Shown piece after piece: positions 51,877-61,561 of a DNA stretch of 64,000 bases. Origin of the DNA: a virus (lineage: Duplodnaviria; Caudoviricetes); IMG/VR virus record IMGVR_UViG_3300049228_000061, positions 2,172 through 66,171 of that record. One strand, 5' to 3'. The notes below the pieces were generated by a model. That model was not told the origin of the DNA. It made no database searches and worked only from the letters and a program-made list of their open reading frames with translations. Numbering within the stretch: position 1 is the first letter of the stretch; every line of letters begins with the position of its first letter. The translations under genes and the position numbers were made by a program.

Positions 51877-53471
51877 GCGCCGAGGAATACACCCTCATTC
51901 CAGGCCAAGACGCGCGCCGGGCACGGATGCGAGAGGTAACGGAGTTTCTCAACCTGCCGTTCCCGGTGTATGCAAAGAAGTACTTGAAGATACGAACCAA
52001 GCAGGATGGCATTCAGCCATTTGAACTGAATGCAGGGCAGATGAAACTGCTTGAGCACACGGAAGCACAGATGCAGTTGCGTGGTTATGTGCGCACGGTT
52101 TTGCTGAAAGCCAGGCAATGGGGGGGGTCAACCTTAATTCAGGCTATGGCTTACAGAGACATGACCTGCGGTCCGCGTGGCAGTAAGGCATTCATCATGT
52201 CGCATTTGCAGAGCACGACTTCTGCGCTGTTTGCGATGACAAAGCGATTCAATGACTTGATGGACCCACGGTTCCGGCCTTATTCAACCGGCGGTTCAGC
52301 TACCTCGCTCAAATTCGATAAACGCGACTCCATGTACAGCGTTGGTACGGCGGGCTCAAAGAATGTGGGCCACGGTGAGACCACGCAGTTCCTTCATGCC
52401 TCTGAATTCGCCCTGTGGGACAACGCAAACGACCATTTAAACGGTATCTTCCAAACCGTGCCAACCGGCGGCAAGGGCACCAAGGTGTTCGTGGAATCAA
52501 CTGCGGTTGGTATGGGTAATGAATTCCACCGCATGTCCATGGATGCCCGCAAATGCAACAGTGATTACTGGTTTTTGTTCGTCCCCTGGTTTTGGTTCCC
52601 TGAATATCAGGCGCGCGTCCCTGACAGCATGATCCTGACGCCTGATGAGGAGCTGATGCAGGAGGTCATGGGGCTGTCAGATGAACAAATGGCATTCCGT
52701 GCGCTCAAGATCAACGAAATGGGCGGGGGTGAGCGTGGCGAGGTCAAGTTTTGCTCGCAGTACCCAACCATTCCAGAGGATGCATTCCGCACTGCGACCG
52801 CTGGTAGCTATTTCAGCGCCATGTACGTGGTGCGCGCGCGAAAGTCACGGGTTGAGGTTCCCTATGGCGCCAAGATCATGGGCATTGACCCTTCTCATAT
52901 TGGCGGGGATCGGTTCTCGGTGTGTGTTCGGCAGGGGCGGCGGGCCCGGCATGTGGGGGAATGGCGCGGGGAGCGAACGAATGTCAGTTTGGGTCGGGTG
53001 ATTATGCTGATTAAGCAGGAGCGGCCCGAGTATGTGTTCGTGGATCAAGGCGGCCCTGGCGCTGGCATCGTTGATCCGCTGATGGAAAACCAGCATGAGC
53101 TGGGTTGTCAGGTCATCCCCGTAGACTTCGGCGGCTCCCCGGATGATGACGACCGCTACACCAACAAGCGCGAGGAAATGTACGGTCGCGCCAAGGAATG
53201 GCTGGAGCAAGACCTGCCGGTGCAGATCGATGATCGGGACGACTTGCAGACAGATTTGACGAATCCGCAGTTTCGATACGACAATGCAGGCAGAGTGCAG
53301 CCAGAGTCCAAACAGACCATGTGCAAGCCGCCGCGCTCCCTGCCGTCGCCCGACCTGCTGGAGTCACTGGTGCTGACCTTCGCATACTTCGTCAAGTCGA
53401 AAGACCCTGAGCGGCAAATTGTCGGCTCCGTCCCTGATCCTCGCCGACCAATTAACTGGAGAGCGATGTGA
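51873..53471 (+). CDS. terL: terminase large subunit
   Basis: LKARQWGGST Walker A, LHASEFALW Walker B, ESTA coupling motif, GIDPS nuclease motif; GTG start overlapping the upstream TGA. Confidence 0.93.
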   Translation: MSAEEYTLIPGQDARRARMREVTEFLNLPFPVYAKKYLKIRTKQDGIQPFELNAGQMKLLEHTEAQMQLRGYVRTVLLKARQWGGSTLIQAMAYRDMTCGPRGSKAFIMSHLQSTTSALFAMTKRFNDLMDPRFRPYSTGGSATSLKFDKRDSMYSVGTAGSKNVGHGETTQFLHASEFALWDNANDHLNGIFQTVPTGGKGTKVFVESTAVGMGNEFHRMSMDARKCNSDYWFLFVPWFWFPEYQARVPDSMILTPDEELMQEVMGLSDEQMAFRALKINEMGGGERGEVKFCSQYPTIPEDAFRTATAGSYFSAMYVVRARKSRVEVPYGAKIMGIDPSHIGGDRFSVCVRQGRRARHVGEWRGERTNVSLGRVIMLIKQERPEYVFVDQGGPGAGIVDPLMENQHELGCQVIPVDFGGSPDDDDRYTNKREEMYGRAKEWLEQDLPVQIDDRDDLQTDLTNPQFRYDNAGRVQPESKQTMCKPPRSLPSPDLLESLVLTFAYFVKSKDPERQIVGSVPDPRRPINWRAM

Positions 53472-53565
53472 TCCGCATTCCGCTCTCCGTTAAGCTCTGG
53501 CTCAAGAAGCCGCTGCCCATCAGCCTGAAAGAGGTTTTGAAGCGCATCAATCGGAGTGCAAGACT

Positions 53566-55731
53566 GTGAAGCCCAGCAAGTATGCAGCCAGTGGCGCGCT
53601 GGATGTCTCGTCTTATACCAATACCTGGGGCACGGATCATGCATCGGCTGAAACCAAGAACGGTGCCATGTCGTTCGAGCAGATGAATGGCTTCATCAAC
53701 GAGATTATCGTCCAGCCACCCTGGCGTGGACGGGCTGATGTCGAAGCTGATTACTACGACTCCAATCAGTACGACGCCGAAACGCTTCAAGAGATGAAGA
53801 CTCGCGGTATTCCACCCATCGTGGTCAACCTGATCGCGCCGACCATCAACATGGTGCTGGGCCTTGAAGCCAAAACCCGCACGGATTGGGTGGTAAAGCC
53901 TGAGCTAGACCAGTATGAAGATGCTGCCCTGGCCATGAGCCAGAAGCTGAAAGAAGCTGAACGGATGTCCGGTGCCGATAGGGCCAACGCTGACGCCTAC
54001 GACAACCAGATCAAGGTCGGGTTGGGCTGGGTTGAGGTGGGCTACAACAAGCAAGACCCATTCGGTTACCGATATTCATGTCAGTTCGTGCATCGCCGTG
54101 AAATATGGTGGGACTGGCACGACAATGACCCAGGTTTGGCGAAGGCGCGGTATCTGGTTCGTCGTAAATGGTACGACGAGGATGTGGCTTGTGCGTATTT
54201 CCCGCAGCACGAAGCACTGATTAAGGGCGCACTACGCGGTTGGTCGAATTTCGACCCATCGCAACTGGATACCGCAGCCCCCCTCTACATCGACCTGGAT
54301 CATGAGAGGAACTTCGCGTGGCAGGAGGAGGAATGGCGCGACAGCCTGCGTAAGCGAATCTGCATCTACGAAGTCTGGTATCGCACCTACTCGCGCGGGT
54401 TCATCGTTCGGTTCAAGAATGGGCAGGTCAAGGAATTTGATGACCAAAATCCCGTGCAACTGGCTGCCGTCAATGCAGGCATGGCCAACATTGAGGCCGT
54501 GGTTATCCCCAAGATGCGCATGTCGTACTGGGTTGGGCCTCACCGCCTGGCCGACATGGAAACCCCGTATCCGCATCAGGAATTCCCCTACGTGCCATTC
54601 TGGGGATTTCGTGAAGACCGTACCGGCACCCCTTACGGCATGATCCGAGCGATGAAGCCACTTCAAGACGAAGTGAATGCACGCCGAGCCAAGATGTTGT
54701 GGCAGTTATCTGCCCGCCGGGTGTTTGTCGATGAGGACGCCGTGGCAGATCACGACAAATTCAAGGATGAGGTCGCCCGTCCAGACATGTACGCCTCCGT
54801 CAACACGATGAAAGGCAAGTACAAGGTCACAGATCGAATTCACATCGAGGACAATACGGGCTTGACCGCCCAGCAGTTCGATGTCTATCAGGACAGCAAG
54901 CAGAGTTTGCAGGACGCTGCTGGTGTGTATGCCTCGCAACTGGGCAAGAAGGATGGCTCTGCCGACTCTGGTATTGCTATCTCGCAGCTGATCGAGCAGG
55001 GCACTACTACCCTGGCTAAAATCAATGACAATTACGGCGTGGCGCGCATGTTGGTGGGCAATCGTCTGCTGGCGCTGATTTCGTTCGATATGGCCGGCAA
55101 GGAAGAATCGGTCAAGGTGCAGCAGTTCGGTGCCTATAAGCGGGTCAAGTTCAACCAGAAAAAGACCGATCCGGTTACAAACCGCACTTATCTGAACAAC
55201 GATATCACCCGCATGCAGATGTCGGTGGTGCTGGCCGACTTGCCACAGACGCCGACGTACCGCATGCAGCAGTTCATGGAACTGACCAAGATGGTGGCCA
55301 CACTGCCAGAACAGGTTCAGATGGCCGTGATCGACATCGTGATCAACGCCTCTGACATCCCTGACAAGCAGGAAATCTTGAAGCGTCTGCGTGATACGTT
55401 GGGCATTGGTTCCAAGCCGCAAGAGGATATGGACGAAGAAGAATTGGCGGAATTTCAGGCCAAGCAGCAGGAAGCGCAACGCCAGAAACAGATTCAGCAG
55501 CGCATCGAAGCAGCAACGGCTGCCGAGCTGGAGTCGAAAGTACCGCTCAACGATGCCAAGACTGAGCTCACGCTGGTGCAGGCCGATGCGATCAAGGTAG
55601 AGTCCAGCCTGGCGCCGGAGCTTTCCCGTCACGCTTCGACCGCACAGGCAGTCGAAGAACAAGAACAGGCAGCAGAACTGGCCAATCAGCCGCCTCCTGT
55701 TCAGCAACAGCCACAGCAAATCGAGGGTTGA
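53566..55731 (+). CDS. portal protein (P22-like)
   Basis: P.VVNLIAPTINMVLG, G.GWVEV, FPYVPFWG, PYGMIR.M..LQDEVN.RR; 721 aa. Confidence 0.9.
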   Translation: MKPSKYAASGALDVSSYTNTWGTDHASAETKNGAMSFEQMNGFINEIIVQPPWRGRADVEADYYDSNQYDAETLQEMKTRGIPPIVVNLIAPTINMVLGLEAKTRTDWVVKPELDQYEDAALAMSQKLKEAERMSGADRANADAYDNQIKVGLGWVEVGYNKQDPFGYRYSCQFVHRREIWWDWHDNDPGLAKARYLVRRKWYDEDVACAYFPQHEALIKGALRGWSNFDPSQLDTAAPLYIDLDHERNFAWQEEEWRDSLRKRICIYEVWYRTYSRGFIVRFKNGQVKEFDDQNPVQLAAVNAGMANIEAVVIPKMRMSYWVGPHRLADMETPYPHQEFPYVPFWGFREDRTGTPYGMIRAMKPLQDEVNARRAKMLWQLSARRVFVDEDAVADHDKFKDEVARPDMYASVNTMKGKYKVTDRIHIEDNTGLTAQQFDVYQDSKQSLQDAAGVYASQLGKKDGSADSGIAISQLIEQGTTTLAKINDNYGVARMLVGNRLLALISFDMAGKEESVKVQQFGAYKRVKFNQKKTDPVTNRTYLNNDITRMQMSVVLADLPQTPTYRMQQFMELTKMVATLPEQVQMAVIDIVINASDIPDKQEILKRLRDTLGIGSKPQEDMDEEELAEFQAKQQEAQRQKQIQQRIEAATAAELESKVPLNDAKTELTLVQADAIKVESSLAPELSRHASTAQAVEEQEQAAELANQPPPVQQQPQQIEG

Positions 55732-55734
55732 TAT

Positions 55735-57708
55735 ATGCAAGACATCAAGGTCACGCCGATCCAATTCAAGCAGACGTTTCAGGATGCTGAAATGTACAGA
55801 GGCGCCGCCGATATGCTGAATCGTGCTGCGCAGAATATTGCTCCACCACCGCAAGCTGGTAGCGCGCCGATTGTCATGGTGCGCACCATTGAGCAAACCA
55901 GAAAGGATCAGGCATGGGAGGCTGAGGAACTGGCGCGCAAGCAGTGGCGGAAGATCGAGGCGTTCAAGGCAACGCTGGGTACTGAGGAATCCGAGTTCTT
56001 TGCGTCAATCGTGGCTGCGCAGAGCGTGAATTGCCCTCCACTGGAGGCAAACAAGCATGCGGTCGGGCTTATCAATGCCAACCGCGAAGCGCGCAAGATT
56101 GCCAATTCGCCGCCAACCGATGCCGATAACCCGCAGGGTCAATCAAGGACAGTCATTGATCTATCTCACGTTCAGCCGCTGTCCAATGGCGACACCATTG
56201 AGATTACCCATGATGGCGAGGGCAATCTGATTAGCCATCGCGTGACCTATGAAGGCGAGGCAGAAGAAGTGTCAGGGATCGCCCTTGCCGCACAAGCCGA
56301 CACCACAACGATTGCCGACGCCGAGCGCATCAAGTACGAAAAGATGTGGCAGTTCGAGCAGTACCGCGCTGTAGCGCCTGGCGAAGGCATTGCTTCACGC
56401 TTCATGGACATCGCCAAACCCAAGGCTGGCAGCGAGGTCATCGACTTTGGCGCTGGCACGGGTCGCGGCGCGCTGATGTTGGCGATTATGGGCATGAAGG
56501 TGAAGATGCTGGACTTCGCCACCAACTGCTTGGACGAGGACGTGCGCAATGCGCTAACTACTCAGGCGCATGTGCTGAGCTTTGCCAAGCAGGATCTGCG
56601 TAAGTCCGTGCCGCATGTGGCTGAGTACGGGTACTGCACTGATGTGATGGAGCACATCGAGCCAAGCCAAGTGACGACGGTGGTCGGCAACATCTTGCGC
56701 AGTGCCCAGCATGTGTTTTTCCAGATCAGCTGTGTTGATGACGTCTGCGGTGCCCTGATCGGCGAGCCGCTGCACCTGTCCGTGCATCCCTATGCCTGGT
56801 GGCACGACCTGTTCACCCAGCTGGGCTGCGTGTTCCATTGGTCGAAGGACGAAGGCGACAGCTGCCTGTTCTACGTCTCCGGCTGGATCAAGGGCAAGGA
56901 CATGGTGGACGTCGGCGTGCTGAACATCACGATGGAGCAGGTTCGCGCAAATGTTGAGCACAATATGAATCAAGGCTGGCAGCAGGTGTCGCCGCATGCC
57001 ACCAACGATACGGAGGTGATGATTCTGGGCAGCGGACCGTCGCTGGGTCGAAGTCTGGAGGATATTCGCCGCCTCAAGGCGGAAGGCGTGAAGATCATCA
57101 CGCTGAACGGTGCCTACCAGTGGTGCCGGCAGAATGACCTGCTACCCGTCAATCAGGTGGTGGTTGACGCCAGGCCGTTCAATGACCGGTTCACGCGCCC
57201 AGTCGAGGAAGGCTGCAACTACTTCATTGCCAGCCAGTGCGATCCATCTGTGCTGGAAGGGCTACCAAAGGACCGAACCTGGCTGTGGCACACCACGGCT
57301 GAATCCATCAAGGACATTCTGGATAAGCACGAAGGCGTGTCATGGGGCATTCCCGGCGGCTCAACCGTGCTTCTGCGTGCTATCCCCATGTTCAGAATGC
57401 TGGGCTTCACCAAATTCCACCTGTTTGGCTGCGATTCCTGCTGCGATGAGGACGGGGCGCACCACACGACCCTGCAACCTGAGAACAACAACACCCCATT
57501 TCCGGTGATTGTGGGCGGCCGCCAGTTCCTATGCCACCCAGATCAGTTCTCCCAAGCCCAAGAGTTCATGGATCTGATCAAGATGATGGGCAATGTGATC
57601 GAACTGGAGGTCTATGGCAATGGCCTGCTGGCCTGGATTCTCAAGACGGGGGCCAGTTTGGCCGATTCGACCGCGACCCCTACGGCTGATGAAGAATTTG
57701 TGTTGTAA
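55735..57708 (+). CDS. class I SAM methyltransferase fused to a Maf/MptE-like (DUF115) domain
   Basis: VIDFGAGTGRG and YCTDVMEHI; then ILGSGPSL, ITLNGA, VVVDAR, FIASQCDP, GGSTV.LRAI and FHLFGCDSC. Confidence 0.8.
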   Translation: MQDIKVTPIQFKQTFQDAEMYRGAADMLNRAAQNIAPPPQAGSAPIVMVRTIEQTRKDQAWEAEELARKQWRKIEAFKATLGTEESEFFASIVAAQSVNCPPLEANKHAVGLINANREARKIANSPPTDADNPQGQSRTVIDLSHVQPLSNGDTIEITHDGEGNLISHRVTYEGEAEEVSGIALAAQADTTTIADAERIKYEKMWQFEQYRAVAPGEGIASRFMDIAKPKAGSEVIDFGAGTGRGALMLAIMGMKVKMLDFATNCLDEDVRNALTTQAHVLSFAKQDLRKSVPHVAEYGYCTDVMEHIEPSQVTTVVGNILRSAQHVFFQISCVDDVCGALIGEPLHLSVHPYAWWHDLFTQLGCVFHWSKDEGDSCLFYVSGWIKGKDMVDVGVLNITMEQVRANVEHNMNQGWQQVSPHATNDTEVMILGSGPSLGRSLEDIRRLKAEGVKIITLNGAYQWCRQNDLLPVNQVVVDARPFNDRFTRPVEEGCNYFIASQCDPSVLEGLPKDRTWLWHTTAESIKDILDKHEGVSWGIPGGSTVLLRAIPMFRMLGFTKFHLFGCDSCCDEDGAHHTTLQPENNNTPFPVIVGGRQFLCHPDQFSQAQEFMDLIKMMGNVIELEVYGNGLLAWILKTGASLADSTATPTADEEFVL

Positions 57709-57716
57709 TCCGCGCC

Positions 57717-58247
57717 ATGCCACGCCAGCCATCAACATGTTCGGTTCAGGATTGCGAAATACTCGCCAATCGTGGCAATGGTATGTGCGAGAAGCACTAC
57801 TATCGGCTGCGACGACATGGCGATGTTGAGAAGCGTTTGCGGAATGCCAACGGCGAAGGGACAGCCATCAAGGTGGGAAAATACTCGCGCGTCACCATCA
57901 ATGGAGAGCGGGTGCAGGCACATGTGGCCATCGTTGAGGCGGTGCTTGGCCGATCTCTGCCAGCTGGTGCAGAGATTCATCACGTAAACGAAGACAAGAC
58001 CGATAACCGCCACGAGAATTTGGTGGTCTGCCCTGATCGTGCTTATCACCAACTGCTGCATGCCCGCACCCGCGCCTTGGATTCTTGTGGCGATGCAAAT
58101 AAGCGAACCTGCCGGCATTGCCACGAGTATGATTCGCTCGACCAGTTGGTCAAGAACGGAACCAGCTATTATCATTTGGCGTGCGCAGCCGGGTACCAGC
58201 GTGAATATAAAACAAAGCAGCGAGGTAGCAATGCAGTAACAACTTAA
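57717..58247 (+). CDS. free-standing HNH homing endonuclease
   Basis: CS...C....G.GMCEKHY.R.RRHGD zinc finger; AHV.I.E..LGR.L....IHHVNEDKTDNRHENL; C-terminal CxxC. Confidence 0.9.
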   Translation: MPRQPSTCSVQDCEILANRGNGMCEKHYYRLRRHGDVEKRLRNANGEGTAIKVGKYSRVTINGERVQAHVAIVEAVLGRSLPAGAEIHHVNEDKTDNRHENLVVCPDRAYHQLLHARTRALDSCGDANKRTCRHCHEYDSLDQLVKNGTSYYHLACAAGYQREYKTKQRGSNAVTT

Positions 58248-58269
58248 CTTAACTGCGTAGGAGGCTACC

Positions 58270-58989
58270 TTGGCCGCTGGAACTTGGAAGATCGGTTAGG
58301 TCTCGCCGTGCAGTAATGCACGGTAGTAACGACGTGAATTGTCGGGAACCCTTAACGAGTGATGTCGATGGGAATCCGCAGCCAAGCGCCGTAGGAATAC
58401 GGTGAAGGTTCAGAGACTAGAGAAAGTAGGCCAGACCGGTTGAAATCTCCACGAGCGCGTCGCACCCCACGCGGGTGAAGAGATAGTCCCAGCCTCCGTG
58501 GAAACGCGGAGTGATCGGATAAAGAGCCGATCTATAAGGCGCTGTTACGCGAAAGCGAAAAAGTACATCGGGGCCGGGACCATCACCCTCGGCGCTGGCG
58601 TCATGAAAATGCAGCTGCACCGCGCTTCGGCGTCTGCGGCTATTCTCGTTCTCTCAACCCGTTCTACAAACGCATCGATTCCGGGCGAAATCTCGGCGAC
58701 GGGCGGGTATGTGGCGAACGGTCGAAACCTGGTGCCGGCAACGGCGCAATGGACGGTTGGCGCATCGGCCAAGCAGTACAAGTTCACCTACACCACGGCT
58801 GGTTTGGTGTTCACTGCGTCGGGTGCTGCACTGAACAACATCAAGTACGCCCTGATCCGTAATAGTACGGGCGCTGGTGCGGGCAAGGTGTTGTGCTTCT
58901 GCACGTTGTCAACGGCGGCGTTCACGATTGCGAGCGGAAATACGCTTACGATTGCTCCGGCTTCGACCGGCGTCTTCACATTGGCATGA
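58270..58989 (+). CDS. intron-split putative virion protein, join(58270..58292,58545..58989), 155 aa
   Basis: AGGAGG then TTG start; the spliced product reads MAAGTWKI|YAKAKKYIGAGTITLGAG... in one frame; unspliced it stops at TAG 58297. Confidence 0.85.
58293..58544 (+). ncRNA. group I self-splicing intron (IA-like, no internal ORF, 252 nt)
   Basis: P AATTGTCGGGAA (58337), Q AATCCGCAGC (58373), R GTTCAGAGACTA (58408), S AAGAGATAGTCC (58478); P1 with U.G wobble; P3, P7 and P9.0; terminal G 58544. Confidence 0.95.
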
Positions 58990-59047
58990 CGGTAAAGGTA
59001 TTGCACGCTGGCTTAGTAAAAATAAGCCAGTTGTGCAATGCGCCACC

Positions 59048-61561
59048 ATGGGCACCAATATCTACTACAGCGGATTTCTGATCCGCAATGCGTTGCGAAT
59101 ACCGCCCGCCGCCAGTATGTCAATGGCCGGTGTGGCTCCAACGATTACCAATAGCGCGCCGGATGTAACTGCTCCCACTACGCCTACGATCACAGCCACA
59201 CAAACTGGTAGTACATCGGTCAGCATTGCGTTGACCGCAGCCAGCACGGACGCAGTAGGCGTAACTGGGTATGAGCTGGACTGGAGTCCCAACGGTAGCA
59301 GCAGCTGGGCAAATTTGCCGGGTGTTACGGTAGCAGGATCATTCCCGTACACGCATACCTCACTTGCACCCAGTACTCAGTATTTTTACCGCTGCCGTTC
59401 GCGTGATCTGGCGGGTAATTTTAGTAATTACGGCTCCTCGAATGCAACGACTGCCGCCGCCAGTGGCGCAGTATTTGAGCGCACCATCACGCCTGCGAGT
59501 GATCCATCCGATGCGTTTGCAAAATACGATTTTGTTGATTCAGATAATGGCGCTCAATATACGTTCGGCATTGACTGCTGGAATCAGTCAGCAAATGGGT
59601 TTGGAACACACTATGGTTATTTCAACAGTAAAAATGATTGGGGAATTGCAGCAAGCCATCAAAATTTAACCCCTGGAGCTGTTAAAGCCTACACTAGCAT
59701 TTTACGTGGTTGGAAGCCTTCTGAAAACATTCGCAGTAGTGGCGACGATTTAACCGTCGGCATCCTCACCACAAGTATTACAAAATTAAAAATCAGCTGG
59801 GGGTACAGCAGCCCTTCTACAAGTACTGGATCGGGTTCCACTGCTTCAAATAGATACAATACGCTGATTGATTTTCATTTTACCGCGACGGCGACGGCCA
59901 CCTCGGCAACTCCGCAAACGACGAGTGTGATGTGGCAACCTCGAACAATAGATACTGATGGGTATTATGGGGGGTTGGCCAGCGTTGCACCTCAGTATGT
60001 ATTGGGCGGCATTACCTGTAGAGTCTTGGTAGATAGCCGATCCTGGGCAACGGGTAACACCATACAAATCTGGCCTGTACCCTGGAATGATTTCCTGAAT
60101 TTCGGTTATCAGGACATGGAGGTAGACTTTGCCGCCGTGTTCGCCGATCTAAGAACACTGACCTTTCTGCCTAGCGATGAGTACCTAAATGGGTATGAAG
60201 TTGGCGTTGAGCCCATTGCAGGCGGTATGCATACAACCACACGGTTCTGGTCTGCGATTCAAAGCGAAGCGGATATAGGCACGTCAGGCGACACTACTGC
60301 ACCGACAGCTGGAACATATACAGCCACGACTAATAGCTCCAGTCAAATCACCATCGCACAAACCACGGCGCCCACTGATAATGTTGCAGTTGTGCAAAAT
60401 GATTTAGAGCGTTCACCCAATGGAACTACCGGATGGGCGCAGATATTTTCTAATACCACATTCCCGCGTCAGGACAACGGACTTACTGGCAGCACGCAGT
60501 ATTTCTACAGAGTAAAACACTCTGATGCTGCGGGCAATTTTAGTTACTCAAGCACAATCAACAATACAACCAACGCGGCAAGCGGTGGTGCGCCTGGTGT
60601 GCCAACTAATGTAGAGGTTACAGCCTTTGCTCAAAATTCGATTTCTGTGCAATGCACGGCAGTTGCTGGGGCCACATCGTATACGTGGAGTCGGTCAACT
60701 GATAACGGTGGCTCATGGTCTGATTTAGCCACGGTTACATCCGCGTTTTACACAGACAACACAGCGACTGGTGCAACAGCGTATGTGGGTGATTACCTAC
60801 CGGGAGCGCCTCCCACTCGCTACGTGTATCGTGTAAAGGCTAACAACGGTGCAGGTAGCAGCGCATACACAACTGATGTATTTTTCAGTGTCTATAGAAA
60901 CGGCGTGCAGGGTTGGGTTTATAGCTTAAACTTTGGTGCAACGGTGACGCCGAATTACGCGAGCACCGGGCCAGATGGTAATGCTACCGTGCAGCATGTG
61001 AGTGGGTCTGGGTGGCAACCGGTGTCAAGCGGTAACTCGATGTTTACAAACATGCCGTCAAATATGTTCGCCTACAAAATACTGAAAGTTAAGCCGCTGT
61101 CATCTGGCTGGAACGGCTTTCTGAACCCTGTCTCCGTGGGAGATAGATTCTTCCATCCTGGTGGCGTAAACATGGCCTCAAATGTCACTGCACCAACGCC
61201 CGGTGTCATGACCGCAAATGTGTGGAATACCGTAAAAATCTCCTATGCGGACCTACTATTAGTTGACGTAACAGGTACAGCCTCATTTGCTGGTGGCGTG
61301 ATGACAGTGACTTCTGCGAGTGCTAACAGTCTGCGCAGGGGCATGATTATCGGGGCGACTGGCTTGAATTCTGGCTGTCAGATCGACACGCAAACCAGTG
61401 GTACAACGGGAGGTAGTGGTACCTATACGCTCTACAACAATACTCAAACACTCAGCAGTCGTTCAATATATGCCTCAGGCACCGACCAATACAAATGGTA
61501 CATTGACGTGCCCAGCAATTCTGCATATCTGGTTGATGATGTGAGGGATAGTCGGCAATGA
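59048..61561 (+). CDS. fibre / receptor-binding protein with fibronectin type III repeats and a GH12-like domain (start uncertain)
   Basis: Three Fn3-like units (WSPNG..YFYRCR, YFYRVK, YVYRVKA) around a GH12-like region. Confidence 0.75.
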   Translation: MGTNIYYSGFLIRNALRIPPAASMSMAGVAPTITNSAPDVTAPTTPTITATQTGSTSVSIALTAASTDAVGVTGYELDWSPNGSSSWANLPGVTVAGSFPYTHTSLAPSTQYFYRCRSRDLAGNFSNYGSSNATTAAASGAVFERTITPASDPSDAFAKYDFVDSDNGAQYTFGIDCWNQSANGFGTHYGYFNSKNDWGIAASHQNLTPGAVKAYTSILRGWKPSENIRSSGDDLTVGILTTSITKLKISWGYSSPSTSTGSGSTASNRYNTLIDFHFTATATATSATPQTTSVMWQPRTIDTDGYYGGLASVAPQYVLGGITCRVLVDSRSWATGNTIQIWPVPWNDFLNFGYQDMEVDFAAVFADLRTLTFLPSDEYLNGYEVGVEPIAGGMHTTTRFWSAIQSEADIGTSGDTTAPTAGTYTATTNSSSQITIAQTTAPTDNVAVVQNDLERSPNGTTGWAQIFSNTTFPRQDNGLTGSTQYFYRVKHSDAAGNFSYSSTINNTTNAASGGAPGVPTNVEVTAFAQNSISVQCTAVAGATSYTWSRSTDNGGSWSDLATVTSAFYTDNTATGATAYVGDYLPGAPPTRYVYRVKANNGAGSSAYTTDVFFSVYRNGVQGWVYSLNFGATVTPNYASTGPDGNATVQHVSGSGWQPVSSGNSMFTNMPSNMFAYKILKVKPLSSGWNGFLNPVSVGDRFFHPGGVNMASNVTAPTPGVMTANVWNTVKISYADLLLVDVTGTASFAGGVMTVTSASANSLRRGMIIGATGLNSGCQIDTQTSGTTGGSGTYTLYNNTQTLSSRSIYASGTDQYKWYIDVPSNSAYLVDDVRDSRQ

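Noticed and set aside
54706-55896. Long antisense ORFs (54706..55896, 22409..23491, 28205..29197, 8478..9482, 30094..30948 and similar)
   Set aside because: They are shadow frames of well-supported genes in GC-rich DNA, with no motifs or RBS.
58498-58544. N-terminus METRSDRIKSRSIRRC of ORF 58498..58989
   Set aside because: It is the read-through of intron P9/P9.1 sequence; the RBS and TTG start are at 58259-58272.
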